Of a DNA stretch of 64,000 bases, positions 7,606 through 17,580 are shown one piece after another (the stretch's first letter is position 1; every line of letters starts with the position of its first letter). The position numbers and the translations under genes are program-made. The DNA is taken from positions 12,597 through 76,596 of IMG/VR virus record IMGVR_UViG_3300020050_009513; one strand, written 5' to 3'. Below the pieces are notes generated by a model. It did not search any database and had not been told where the DNA came from. It was given only the letters and a program-made list of their open reading frames with translations. This DNA comes from a virus. Its lineage: Duplodnaviria > Caudoviricetes.

Positions 7606-7922
7606 TTAATATCCTTAATCCAGCGATCATCCATGTCCGGTCGGTTTTTTTCCATCCACAATAGGAACATAAGATTACAAGCTGCATGGGCTGCGTGGCT
7701 AATGCCAGTTTCATTGTCAGTGTCTATGCCTGAGTTATATTGATTCAAATGGCGCATTGCTGCTGCAATAAGACGAGAGTAATTAATGCCGTTGGCCCAA
7801 TTAGCACGACCGTATTTTTGTTTACCAAAGTCCAGCACTCGTGCAATTTCTTGTAAAGCCTCATACGGAACGAGATCAAGGGGCTCTTTCCCATTGTCAT
7901 GCTTTACGCCGCCTTCGCTCAT
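7602..7922 (-). CDS. dATP/dGTP diphosphohydrolase-like (DUF5664) protein
   Basis: GVKHDNGKEPLDL...FGKQKY...NW...AAMRH...SHAAHAACN pattern. Confidence 0.8.
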   Translation of the reverse strand: MSEGGVKHDNGKEPLDLVPYEALQEIARVLDFGKQKYGRANWANGINYSRLIAAAMRHLNQYNSGIDTDNETGISHAAHAACNLMFLLWMEKNRPDMDDRWIKDIK

Positions 7923-8416
7923 TGTTTTGCTCCTACTCCATCAACATTAGCCCATTTACCACGAAATGTCAACAGAACACTGTGCTCAGCTGTTAGCTGC
8001 ATATCCGGAATCTGAAGATAGTAGGACCCAAAACGTACCTTATTCTCATCTCCGACAGTAAGACGGTAGTTGCCCAGAGCTTTTTCAAATACAACGTCCA
8101 TTAGGTAGTTGAAATACTCAGGTTTTTCCGAAGCAATAGCCGCTTCTTCTTGAGGAATTTCTATATTGTAGACAATTTGAAAAACATCTACATCTTGACT
8201 AATAAGACTAACCCTGGCCGGGGCATTTAATTTAGGATTGGCAAGACGGGGTTCAATGATTGTACCGCCTCCTTTACCTACAGTAACTACGGGTACTTCA
8301 AAGACAGCTCCGTCTTTTTCTGCAGCCAAGTATACATTTTTATTTAGCTCGACCAGGCGCTTACTATAGCGAGCAACAAACATACGGTTAAATTCAATAA
8401 GTTGTTCTTTAGTCAT
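7919..8416 (-). CDS. hypothetical protein
   Basis: GGAG SD before MTKEQ. Confidence 0.65.
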   Translation of the reverse strand: MTKEQLIEFNRMFVARYSKRLVELNKNVYLAAEKDGAVFEVPVVTVGKGGGTIIEPRLANPKLNAPARVSLISQDVDVFQIVYNIEIPQEEAAIASEKPEYFNYLMDVVFEKALGNYRLTVGDENKVRFGSYYLQIPDMQLTAEHSVLLTFRGKWANVDGVGAKQ

Positions 8417-8612
8417 CTTTTTTCTCCGACTTAGCATATTCTTGTCGTAATACTAGTTCAGTAAATGTCAGTTGAGACTTAAGATCTACAGCCATTAGAA
8501 AACCAAATACAGCTAGTACAGTAACTAAGGATACCTGTGTAATCATAGATAAGGCTACTGCTATTCCAAATGTAATCACTACAGATACTAGACGAAATAC
8601 AGTACTAGACAT
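8409..8612 (-). CDS. small two-TM membrane protein
   Basis: two hydrophobic stretches. Confidence 0.6.
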   Translation of the reverse strand: MSSTVFRLVSVVITFGIAVALSMITQVSLVTVLAVFGFLMAVDLKSQLTFTELVLRQEYAKSEKKDD

Positions 8613-8892
8613 TAATTACCTCTGCTGTACACAGTGCCGTAGCTTTTTTACGCATGGCTGAAGCCATAAATCGCATACCGGGATCTTCTAGAACAAGAAG
8701 ATCTGAATATTTCATGAAGTCATTGTAGGCTCCAACCATATCCATTGCATGTTTAAATTCTAATTCGTATAAACGTACTTGTTCTTGGTAATCCAGTTCT
8801 TGATTATTAAGCTGCATATCAATATGAATAAGATTTGCATTAGCTTCTTCAAGTTCTGCCGATAGATCTTGGCATTTTTCTAAAAGTTCCAT
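8605..8892 (-). CDS. coiled-coil hypothetical protein
   Basis: start moved to MELLEK to remove a 108-bp overlap. Confidence 0.55.
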   Translation of the reverse strand: MELLEKCQDLSAELEEANANLIHIDMQLNNQELDYQEQVRLYELEFKHAMDMVGAYNDFMKYSDLLVLEDPGMRFMASAMRKKATALCTAEVINV

Positions 8893-9155
8893 TTTACGGT
8901 TACCTGTTTCTCCGACAAGGCTTTTCCAACCGGCGCGAAGTAGCCGACCCACTTTTGAATGTTTGAATTTACTCTGTGCTTTACCCATTCTTCCGCCATT
9001 CTGTCGATTTCAGTTTGGCGAAGGAAGGCTTCTCCAGCCTTCTTCCCCGCCTCGTCATATTCAGATGCCTTAGCGGTAGAAATCCCCGCGAGTACGAACA
9101 TCAACAGCAGGAACGTTAATCTTAAGACCCAATTTGTCAACGCTGTTCCCAACAT
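8880..9155 (-). CDS. secreted or membrane hypothetical protein
   Basis: AAGGAGG SD; signal-peptide-like N-terminus; overlaps the 3' end of the ClpP-like gene. Confidence 0.6.
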   Translation of the reverse strand: MLGTALTNWVLRLTFLLLMFVLAGISTAKASEYDEAGKKAGEAFLRQTEIDRMAEEWVKHRVNSNIQKWVGYFAPVGKALSEKQVTVKWNF

Positions 9156-9864
9156 CAAAGCCTCCTTGGGGTTGATTTTTTACTAGTAAAATCAAAGAAT
9201 CTGCAAGGCCGTCATTGATAGCATCTTGAGATTCAAGCCAGTATTCGCTTTCCAAACGTGCCTTAAACTCTTTATAGTCAATGCCAGAACGTTTAGCTAC
9301 TTCCATATCCATACGATCAACTAGACGAGAGAAAGCTCCCAATTGACCGGACATCTGTTCCATAGTACCTTGAACCCCGCCACTGGCCGGATGAAACATA
9401 AGTACACTACCCGGAGTCATGTAGCGGGTTTTGCCTACCTGGTGAATCTGAGCTGCCATAGAAGCGCACAAACCTTCACATACGGTATGAATAGTAACTC
9501 CAGAATTTTTCATGAAGTTAATTAGTCGAGCACCTGCCAGAACACTACCGCCAGGACTGTTCAATACAAGGTAAATCTCATCCTCACCTCGAGACGCAGC
9601 CTCAATGGCTTGCAAAGTAAGGTCTACTGTCTCGTCTACAATGGGGGTATTTAGGTAAATAACTTGGTCACCGTTTACACGGGCCGTTTTAGTTTTTACT
9701 TTTTTATCTTTAGTCAAATCCGCTGTTGCGGTTTGCTCAATTTTCAAAAGAGGTTCGGTAGTCTCTTTAGACTCGGTGTCCCGGCTTGTAAAAATTGCCG
9801 TAGCCACAAAAGCTACACCCAAATAACCGACAATAGATCCAATCAATAGCTTGTTCAGTTTCAT
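9070..9864 (-). CDS. ClpP-like (S14) serine protease with N-terminal TM anchor
   Basis: LNSPGGSV, ASMAA and MFHP motifs; AAGGAG SD before MKLNK; hydrophobic residues 5-25. Confidence 0.85.
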   Translation of the reverse strand: MKLNKLLIGSIVGYLGVAFVATAIFTSRDTESKETTEPLLKIEQTATADLTKDKKVKTKTARVNGDQVIYLNTPIVDETVDLTLQAIEAASRGEDEIYLVLNSPGGSVLAGARLINFMKNSGVTIHTVCEGLCASMAAQIHQVGKTRYMTPGSVLMFHPASGGVQGTMEQMSGQLGAFSRLVDRMDMEVAKRSGIDYKEFKARLESEYWLESQDAINDGLADSLILLVKNQPQGGFDVGNSVDKLGLKINVPAVDVRTRGDFYR

Positions 9865-9882
9865 AAATCTCCTTATAAGATA

Positions 9883-9912
9883 ACTATAGCATAGGAAATA
9901 TTTAAAAGTCAA
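9883..9912 (-). promoter_or_regulatory. sigma70-type promoter
   Basis: TTGACT-18-TATAGT. Confidence 0.7.
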
Positions 9913-9919
9913 CCACTAT

Positions 9920-9934
9920 TAACATATATTTATA
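9920..9934 (+). promoter_or_regulatory. late-promoter motif, copy 1
   Basis: TAACATAT-W-N4-TA. Confidence 0.65.
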
Positions 9935-9958
9935 GATAGTTAAACAGCAAATAGCCCT

Positions 9959-9987
9959 TTGACACAATGTCAACCTAATGGTATAGG
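9959..9987 (+). promoter_or_regulatory. sigma70-type promoter
   Basis: TTGACA-17-TATAGG. Confidence 0.6.
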
Positions 9988-10030
9988 CCGTAACGCTAAC
10001 TAGATTATCTATTTTTTACAAGGATGTGGT

Positions 10031-10309
10031 ATGCTTAAAAAACTGAATATCGACTATATCTTTGCTAGTCTCCTTCTATTGGGACTGGCTTCTATCTTTG
10101 TCCAGTCTATTACACTGGCAGTGTCTGTGGTGTGTTTTTCTGCGCTCCATGGATTTGATAAATGGCGAAAAGACCAGGAAAAACCAGATATTAACGCTGA
10201 AATCCAAGAAGAGCTAAAGGAAGTTAAGAACTTTGTAGCTAGCCTTAGTATGCGAAATGTTAATAAAGCTAACGTAGCTCCTCCTGCTGACGGAAGACGG
10301 TTGTTTTAA
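10031..10309 (+). CDS. membrane protein (holin-like candidate)
   Basis: hydrophobic N-half, charged C-half. Confidence 0.55.
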   Translation: MLKKLNIDYIFASLLLLGLASIFVQSITLAVSVVCFSALHGFDKWRKDQEKPDINAEIQEELKEVKNFVASLSMRNVNKANVAPPADGRRLF

Positions 10310-10755
10310 TGTCTTCTAATGTTTACGAAGTTATTTCTATTGATGATCTCCGAGAGCAGTACAAAGAGAAAATCAAAGCTAAAGATATCAAAGAGTTTGC
10401 TGCCGTGCAGCAAAAGCTTATTGAAGATTTATTGCTTCGTAACAAAGCTTTAGAAGATAAGCTACAATCTGCAGAGAGCATCCTTAAGGGTTTACAAAAA
10501 CCTTCTGGCTTGGTTAATATTATGTCTGAAGAAGAACTCATCTGCGTAGAACAAATTCAAATCCTCAAAGGAAAGTCTGCTCAACGTGAGCTTTCTCTTG
10601 ATGAAGTTAAACGCTTAGACATTCTCATTAAGAATTTACGTCTTATTCGAGATAAGTCCACCGAAGCCATCGACGTTACAGATTATTCTGATATGAAGGA
10701 GGCCGATCTTGTCGCACTTATCACCGGAACAGGAAAAGGTTCAGAAGAAGGCTAA
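10309..10755 (+). CDS. possible terminase small subunit
   Basis: helical 148-aa protein directly before terL; positional call only. Confidence 0.45.
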   Translation: MSSNVYEVISIDDLREQYKEKIKAKDIKEFAAVQQKLIEDLLLRNKALEDKLQSAESILKGLQKPSGLVNIMSEEELICVEQIQILKGKSAQRELSLDEVKRLDILIKNLRLIRDKSTEAIDVTDYSDMKEADLVALITGTGKGSEEG

Positions 10756-12193
10756 GGAAACACTCTGGCGCAAAGCCAGTATTGCTAGCTGGAAACTCGA
10801 TGTTAATCAAAAAGAAATGTATAAGTTTGCCAGAGAGAAACCGGACAAAATTATTGTCATTGGATCTTCTCGTCAGTTAGGTAAGACCTATTTCCTTGTA
10901 ACTCTGGCTTTAGAGGAGTGTCTCCGGACCCCGCATGCCATTGTTAAGTTTATTGCTCCCAAAGTTCGGGACATTAAGCGTATCATTGCCCCGCTCATTC
11001 GGGAAATCACTGACGACTGCCCCAAAGATCTACGGCCTTCCTATAAAACCCAAGAGAACATCTTTCGTTTTCCTAATGGAAGCGAGATCCAGTTAGCTGG
11101 GACAGATAATGGACATGCCGAGTCCATCCGGGGTAACAAAGCCAATCTTTGTATTATCGATGAGGCTGGATTCTGTAATGATTTAGCCTACATCGTAAAT
11201 AGTATTTTAATTCCTACGACAACAACAACGGGTGGAAAGATCATTATGGCATCTACTCCCTCCAAGTCACCCGACCATGACTTCATGCAATTTATGAAGC
11301 AGGCTGAAATTGAAAATCGATTCATTAAAAAAACAATCTTTGATAACCCGCGTCTTACTAAAAAAGACATTGATGACCTAGCAGAAGCCATTGGTGGATA
11401 TGAGTCTGTAGATTTTAAACGAGAATATCTAGTAGAAATCATTACTTCCATTGATGACGCAGTTGTTCCGGAATTTAATTCTGACGTTAAGCCTGAGATT
11501 ATCAAAGAATGGGAGCGACCTGCCTTCTATGATGCTTATGTTGGGATGGATATCGGTGTAAAGGACATGACTGTTGTCCTATTTGGTTACTACGACTTCC
11601 TTACTGCCAAACTTATCATTGAAGACGAGGTTGTTCTTAGCGGACGTAGTATGCTTACCGATAATCTGGCTGCAAAAATTGCAGAGACAGAAGCTCGGCT
11701 TTGGTTTAATAAGTATACAGGAGAACCTAAGACTCCGTTCTTACGCGTATCAGATAATAATAACCTAGTTCTATTAAACGACTTAGCAGGGTCTCACGGT
11801 CTTACTTTTCTCCCAACTCGCAAAGACGACAAGGATGCGGCTCTTAATAATATGCGTATGCTTATTCGAAATAAGCGAATTATCATACACCCACGCTGTA
11901 AAACGTTAATTTTCCACCTTGAGTCCGCCATCTGGAACAATGATCGTACTAAGTATGTCCGTAGTGCAGTAGATAAAAGTCACTACGATGCCGTGGATGC
12001 TCTTGTCTACTTGTGTCGTAATATTAATTATAATAAAAATCCCTATCCAGCAAACTATGACTATTTAGGTAAGGGTCCGATGTTCCACAGAGATCCACTC
12101 CCCAAAGGGGATAATCAATTTGAGCAAGCTTTGAATAAGATGGTCAAAGAACGCAACCCTTTCGGAAGTACGCGAAAGCTCAAGAGATATTAA
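10709..12193 (+). CDS. terL: terminase large subunit
   Basis: SRQLGKT Walker A, IIDEAG Walker B, VGMDIG and HYDAVDA nuclease motifs. Confidence 0.95.
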   Translation: MSHLSPEQEKVQKKAKETLWRKASIASWKLDVNQKEMYKFAREKPDKIIVIGSSRQLGKTYFLVTLALEECLRTPHAIVKFIAPKVRDIKRIIAPLIREITDDCPKDLRPSYKTQENIFRFPNGSEIQLAGTDNGHAESIRGNKANLCIIDEAGFCNDLAYIVNSILIPTTTTTGGKIIMASTPSKSPDHDFMQFMKQAEIENRFIKKTIFDNPRLTKKDIDDLAEAIGGYESVDFKREYLVEIITSIDDAVVPEFNSDVKPEIIKEWERPAFYDAYVGMDIGVKDMTVVLFGYYDFLTAKLIIEDEVVLSGRSMLTDNLAAKIAETEARLWFNKYTGEPKTPFLRVSDNNNLVLLNDLAGSHGLTFLPTRKDDKDAALNNMRMLIRNKRIIIHPRCKTLIFHLESAIWNNDRTKYVRSAVDKSHYDAVDALVYLCRNINYNKNPYPANYDYLGKGPMFHRDPLPKGDNQFEQALNKMVKERNPFGSTRKLKRY

Positions 12194-12205
12194 CATATTA
12201 AATTA
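12191..12205 (+). promoter_or_regulatory. late-promoter motif, copy 2
   Basis: TAACATATTAAATTA upstream of portal. Confidence 0.65.
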
Positions 12206-12214
12206 GAGGTGTTT

Positions 12215-14227
12215 ATGTCAGACTCGGTGTATTTCGCAGCCAAGGAAGCGGATAAAACAGCCGGAATTTTGCTAAGTAAGGCAAATGGCTGGTATAATCA
12301 ATTACAAACTAACGGGTATCTCGACAAAGTTCGTGAGATGTGGTTAGCCTACCATGGAGCCTATCAAACAGGTCCGGGTGCTGCCCACATGATTACCTTT
12401 GGTGGTGAGCAAGGTGAGCTAGCACAGATGGCGGTGAACCATTTGCGATCTATCGCCGATAATATCATCACTATGATTACATCCAGCCGCCCTGCATTTC
12501 AGGCTCGTGCTACAAATGGTGATAGTAAGAGTATTGTACAAGCTACGCTTGCAAATAACCTACTTGATTACTACATGCGTGAAAAACGTTTGGAGAAATA
12601 CCTTCGTACAGCCATTCAATATGCTGTAGTATTAGGTAGCGGTTATGTTAAAATGGAATGGAACTCCACTACTGGAGAAATTTACGACACAAATGAAGAG
12701 ACTGGCGCACCAATTTATGAAGGTGACGTTGCGTTCTCTAACCTGTCTCCTTATGATGTTGTATTTGATACAACTAAAGAGTCGAGTCTTGGTCATGACT
12801 GGGTACTAACACGTACCTTTAAAAATAAATTTGACATTGCAGCTAAGTATCCCGAACTTGAAGGTCGTATTAAAGGTCTTCAGACTAAAAATCAATTGCT
12901 CCGTTATCGTATGGACTTGATGGCTTATGAGGATACAGACGATGTTCCCGTATATGAATTCTATCACCGTCGTAGCGAAGCTTTGCCAGATGGTCGATAT
13001 CTTTTGTTCCTAGAAGATAATCTAATTCTTATTGATAGTCCAATGCCTTATAGACAGTTACCCGTGTATCGTGTATCACCTAGCGATATCCTTGGTACTC
13101 CTTACGGCTATACTCCGATGTTCGACCTGTTACCCATTCAAGATGCGGTTAACAGTTTGTACAGTACTATCCTGACTAACCAGCATACGTTTGGTGTACA
13201 GAACATCTATGTTCCTCGTAATGCCGATATTCAATTGAAATCTCTTGAGGGTGGATTGAATATTATTGAAGGTAATAGTGGTGCGGGAAAACCTGAACCT
13301 CTAAACTTTACACAAACTCCTAAAGAAGTATTTGAGTTCCTTCAAATGCTTGAGCGACAGATGGAGATTGTATCGGGAGTCAACTCGGTTGCTCGTGGTA
13401 ACCCGGAAGCTTCGCTTAAATCCGGATCTGCTCTTGCCATGGTGCAATCTATGGCACTGCAGTTTATTTCTGGTATTCAACAACAGTACATTCACTTGAT
13501 TGAGGACGTTGGTACAGGTCTTGTGAATATGCTTAAGGACTTTGCTGTTGTCCCTCGCATTGCTATTATTGCAGGGGAAACTCGTAAGCACTACGTAGAA
13601 ACTGAATTTACTGGTGACGACCTTAGTATGGTAAGCCGTGTAATTGTTGACGTAGGAAATCCTATTAGTAAAACTACTGCCGGACGTATGCAGATGGCGA
13701 CGGAGCTTATCCAATATGGTATTGTATCTACTCCTCAAGAGTATATGACAGTACTTAATACTGGAGATTTGAGCGGTATTACTGATGATACTCAGGATGA
13801 GCTTGATAATATTCGTCGCGAAAATGAAACTATGCTTAATGGCGGTCAAGCCATTGCTATCGGTATTGATCAACACAGTGTACACATTAAACGACACAAA
13901 GCCCTTCTTTCCGATCCAGTTATTCGTTCTCAACCTGGAGTTAGAGATCAAGTCCTTGCTCATATTATGGAGCACGTAAATCTTTTACGTACTGTTGACC
14001 CTTCTCTTCTTGCAATTATCGGAGAACAACCAATTGGACCTATCGGAGGAACGCCTAACAACCCAGTTCCCGGTCCACAGAATCAATCTATGCCTGTAGA
14101 TCCGGCTAGCATGAGTCAGGAACAACAACCGTTACCTAATATGCCATCCATACCTACAGTACCTGCTGAAGCTCTCGCCAATCCCGAGGCTCAGCAGCAG
14201 GCTATGGGTAATGTAGCACCTCAGTAA
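12215..14227 (+). CDS. portal protein (podovirus type)
   Basis: about 670 aa after terL; helical, with SGSAL motif and P/Q-rich tail. Confidence 0.85.
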   Translation: MSDSVYFAAKEADKTAGILLSKANGWYNQLQTNGYLDKVREMWLAYHGAYQTGPGAAHMITFGGEQGELAQMAVNHLRSIADNIITMITSSRPAFQARATNGDSKSIVQATLANNLLDYYMREKRLEKYLRTAIQYAVVLGSGYVKMEWNSTTGEIYDTNEETGAPIYEGDVAFSNLSPYDVVFDTTKESSLGHDWVLTRTFKNKFDIAAKYPELEGRIKGLQTKNQLLRYRMDLMAYEDTDDVPVYEFYHRRSEALPDGRYLLFLEDNLILIDSPMPYRQLPVYRVSPSDILGTPYGYTPMFDLLPIQDAVNSLYSTILTNQHTFGVQNIYVPRNADIQLKSLEGGLNIIEGNSGAGKPEPLNFTQTPKEVFEFLQMLERQMEIVSGVNSVARGNPEASLKSGSALAMVQSMALQFISGIQQQYIHLIEDVGTGLVNMLKDFAVVPRIAIIAGETRKHYVETEFTGDDLSMVSRVIVDVGNPISKTTAGRMQMATELIQYGIVSTPQEYMTVLNTGDLSGITDDTQDELDNIRRENETMLNGGQAIAIGIDQHSVHIKRHKALLSDPVIRSQPGVRDQVLAHIMEHVNLLRTVDPSLLAIIGEQPIGPIGGTPNNPVPGPQNQSMPVDPASMSQEQQPLPNMPSIPTVPAEALANPEAQQQAMGNVAPQ

Positions 14228-14236
14228 GGTATATAA

Positions 14237-14851
14237 ATGGCTTTTGACACTAGTCCGTTAAGTCAAGAGAATATTTTACGGGACGTACACGATCCTGTAA
14301 CCCAGACGCTGCGTACAACGGCTAGTGCGACTATTATTGTACCTGGCGGCCTTGAAGTTGACATTGACCAAGCAAGCGATAGCATTAAGCTTGGAGACGG
14401 CACTACGTTGTTTACGTCTACTACGGTAGGACCTAAGACCGGCCTCGATGTTAGCATTATTAGCGGTAATCTTCAAGGGGAGGTGGATGCCTACCCTCTG
14501 GAAAAAGGCATTACGCGCAACACCTACAATGAAGTTCTATCTGTAACACCGGGAGTAGAGACTACTATAGTCACCTATACCGTCCCCAGCGGTAGGATAG
14601 CTTACTTAAGCCGAACTGAATACTCAGGCACTAATATTGCCACTTATACAGTAAAAATCAACGGTGCCACACAAGATAAAAAGCGTACTAACTATGCAAC
14701 TAGCTTAAATGAAAGCACTATATTGAATTCTTCAGGTAATACCGGAATTGCTTTAGTAGCTGGTGATGTAGTAATCGTAACAGCTACACACACCAATGTG
14801 TCTACTGGAGACTTTAACTCTCGAGTAGAGACAGTAGAAATCATACTATAG
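14237..14851 (+). CDS. virion accessory/decoration protein
   Basis: beta-rich; N-terminal QENILRDVHDP motif shared with 31071 and 31884. Confidence 0.6.
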   Translation: MAFDTSPLSQENILRDVHDPVTQTLRTTASATIIVPGGLEVDIDQASDSIKLGDGTTLFTSTTVGPKTGLDVSIISGNLQGEVDAYPLEKGITRNTYNEVLSVTPGVETTIVTYTVPSGRIAYLSRTEYSGTNIATYTVKINGATQDKKRTNYATSLNESTILNSSGNTGIALVAGDVVIVTATHTNVSTGDFNSRVETVEIIL

Positions 14852-14897
14852 CATTATAAAATATCCGCGGGCTATTTTATAGCAAAAACAGTCAGAA

Positions 14898-14912
14898 TAA
14901 CATATATTTATA
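14898..14912 (+). promoter_or_regulatory. late-promoter motif, copy 3
   Basis: TAACATATTTATATA. Confidence 0.65.
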
Positions 14913-14925
14913 AAGGAGGCTAGGT

Positions 14926-15507
14926 ATGCAAGATTTTGCGCAAGGTATCCCAGTAAGAACGCAAAATAACGGCGATGTTGTCGTTCGCGTTGCCGATGCC
15001 ACTACTCCTACAGACGTATTAAAAGTTAATACAGACGGTAGCATTAATGTAGTAACTACAGCTACAGCTCTAGATACTAGACCTCTGGCCTTTGCAACTG
15101 ATTCAGTTGATGTATCTGGGTCTATAATTGCGTTAGACACCTCTACTTTAACTTCTATCTTAGGCGCTACTTATAAAGTAGACGACGACGCTACTCAAGC
15201 TGCTCTAGGTTCCATTCTAACTCAGTTATCTTCTGGTGAAATAATCATTGGTACTGAGGATGGTACTCCTTCTGGTACTCAGCGTGTCTTTGTAAACAAT
15301 GTATATCTTCAAATCTTGGCCGCAAAAGACAGAGATCAAGATATTTCCTACGCTGATTTTGGCACAAAAGACCAAAGAATTATGCAAATAGACTACACTG
15401 CCCCCAGCATTGGTGTTGGAGCTGGGTTTATTGCACGAAAAACATTTACTTATGTTCTAGACGGCGGACGCTACAAAAGAACAAAAATAACAAGATTAAT
15501 AGTATAA
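14926..15507 (+). CDS. virion accessory protein
   Basis: T/V/D-rich structural composition; AAGGAGG SD. Confidence 0.6.
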   Translation: MQDFAQGIPVRTQNNGDVVVRVADATTPTDVLKVNTDGSINVVTTATALDTRPLAFATDSVDVSGSIIALDTSTLTSILGATYKVDDDATQAALGSILTQLSSGEIIIGTEDGTPSGTQRVFVNNVYLQILAAKDRDQDISYADFGTKDQRIMQIDYTAPSIGVGAGFIARKTFTYVLDGGRYKRTKITRLIV

Positions 15508-15516
15508 GAGGTACAG

Positions 15517-17580
15517 ATGAAATATGTAAAGGCAGATCTTTTAGCAGACGTTGTTGGGACATACGACCAAACTAAAACTACAATCCAAGGTCGAGTGCAG
15601 ACTAAGACCATTGATGGAGACTCGGCCCTAGGCCCGCCCTTAAATAGATTTATTGACGTAGTAACGGACTCTGCTCCGGCCTCCCCGGTTATTCCTGCAC
15701 TAACCTATTTGACTGCCAATGGTAGACTATTTACAATTGGAGCTGAGGTCAATGGTCTTATTCCCGTAAGTCTGCACACTGTGAATCTAACTACCGGAGC
15801 ACATGTTTTTATTGGAACAATCCGAGTACAAGTAGCAGATAACGCAGCAACAAGCCACTCGCTTAAGGCACTCAAAGTAATAGACACTGGGACTACTGGC
15901 TGGCGTATTTTTATTGTGACTTCTGGTTCTGTTCTTATCAATGGCGGAGTTTATTGTGCCAACAATGTGGACCTAGCTGATTTTTTAGCTGTAGGACTTG
16001 GTACTTTATTCCCAAGCGGAACTGGATCAAATCAAAAAGCAACTTATTTTCTACAAGATCCGTCTAATATAGGTGTAGGGCAGCTTAATATTGCGTCTGC
16101 AGGAGCTGTGTTAGATGTTGCAAACAACAGAATTTATGTACATAATGGTGTGGCAGCTACGCACCAATATTATGTATACAGTACCAATGCAACCTTGGAT
16201 TGTCCTAAAACAGTAGGCGTATCTATGGACTCTACCACTGACAGGATTACTCAAACAGCACATGGATTTGTAGACAACACTCCTATTTTTATTAGCAATT
16301 TAGTAGGAGCCGCTCCATTAACCAATAATACTATTTACTTTGTACGAAATGCTACTCCAAATGATTACCAACTTTCCACAACTACTGGAGGAGCGGTAAC
16401 GAATGTAACAACAAACGGTACTATGGACGTAAACCGTGCATTTGGGACAACTGGAGATGCTTGGGTACATAAAACTGGAAACTTACCGGCTTTAGCTGGA
16501 ACTTTGATTAGCTCTGACTCGGAAGATTTTGCTCAACCTGCTCATACAACTAATGCTGGATTTGATTGTATATTTCTTGCGTCAACTTCAAATTTGTATT
16601 TAGGTAAAATATCGGAGCTGACTTCAGGCGCAGTCACTTGGCCGTCCTTAGTAACAGCAAACATACTCGGTTCCCCAAATCAAATAATTGCCCCGTCTAT
16701 TACATTAGCTGCGTGGAGTAATGCTCTTGACCGAGCCATGTATTTAACTAATGCAAATATCTTAGTTACAAAACAAATGGTTAACAACTCTATTGATAAA
16801 ATATTTGGCGGAGCAAATAACATTTATCGAGAGACTTTTGTAAGTGATAGTATACCTCTACAATGGCTAGTAGCTGGTGCACTAGATGTAGAAAGCGGCT
16901 GGCTTGTAGTACAAACTTCAACAACTGTTGGGCAGCGTGGAGTTTTATTAGCCGATACTAGATCAGATGAATTGTTTGATTATTCTTTTATTGTTACTAA
17001 AGTACTAGACACTCCCAACTCTGTGTATAAATTTATAACAACTGTAGATAAACTTTACGACTTTACTGGATCGCTACGTATTCAGTATCGCACATCAGGA
17101 TTTGGATCTATTTCTGGCGGTTGGACAGACATTGCATTTGCAGAAGATCTAAGTGGAGTTGCTACTGCAGCACAAGTTCAATTTAAAATACTATTTGATA
17201 CACTAGGACTAGACACTTCTATCCCGGCTCAATTGGTAGATTTTTTTCTTGGATTTGAAAGCAACACTGCTATCTCTGATAACTGGGAATTTAGCGATGA
17301 TTTTTCGGATAATGGTGTGCCTTCGCGCTGTGCTTTCCGTTTAAAGAAAGCGTATACATCTACTGTACCGGAATTGTTTTTCCGAGCTTACGACCTTTCA
17401 GATGCTTTAGTTGTAAATCACAATACAACAGCAGAGGCTGCTCAGTTTGAGTACTCTACTACAAACGGAGTGTCTTGGTTGCCACTTGGAACAATCCCTA
17501 ATACAGTAGGGACTCTTGTTCGCTATACCTTTACCTCTCCTCCTGGAGTAGACATCCGACCCGGACTTAAGGAGTCGTAA
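15517..17580 (+). CDS. large beta-rich virion protein (fibre or spike)
   Basis: 687 aa, T/G/A/S-rich. Confidence 0.65.
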   Translation: MKYVKADLLADVVGTYDQTKTTIQGRVQTKTIDGDSALGPPLNRFIDVVTDSAPASPVIPALTYLTANGRLFTIGAEVNGLIPVSLHTVNLTTGAHVFIGTIRVQVADNAATSHSLKALKVIDTGTTGWRIFIVTSGSVLINGGVYCANNVDLADFLAVGLGTLFPSGTGSNQKATYFLQDPSNIGVGQLNIASAGAVLDVANNRIYVHNGVAATHQYYVYSTNATLDCPKTVGVSMDSTTDRITQTAHGFVDNTPIFISNLVGAAPLTNNTIYFVRNATPNDYQLSTTTGGAVTNVTTNGTMDVNRAFGTTGDAWVHKTGNLPALAGTLISSDSEDFAQPAHTTNAGFDCIFLASTSNLYLGKISELTSGAVTWPSLVTANILGSPNQIIAPSITLAAWSNALDRAMYLTNANILVTKQMVNNSIDKIFGGANNIYRETFVSDSIPLQWLVAGALDVESGWLVVQTSTTVGQRGVLLADTRSDELFDYSFIVTKVLDTPNSVYKFITTVDKLYDFTGSLRIQYRTSGFGSISGGWTDIAFAEDLSGVATAAQVQFKILFDTLGLDTSIPAQLVDFFLGFESNTAISDNWEFSDDFSDNGVPSRCAFRLKKAYTSTVPELFFRAYDLSDALVVNHNTTAEAAQFEYSTTNGVSWLPLGTIPNTVGTLVRYTFTSPPGVDIRPGLKES

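Noticed and set aside
7602-7922. Evidence for a 2-aminoadenine (Z) genome
   Set aside because: No purZ recognised; DUF5664 alone is insufficient
8416-8437. Similar N-termini MLSRRKK (7919 ORF) and MLTRRKK (58964 ORF)
   Set aside because: Artefact of translating through GGAGAAAAAA SD regions upstream of the true starts
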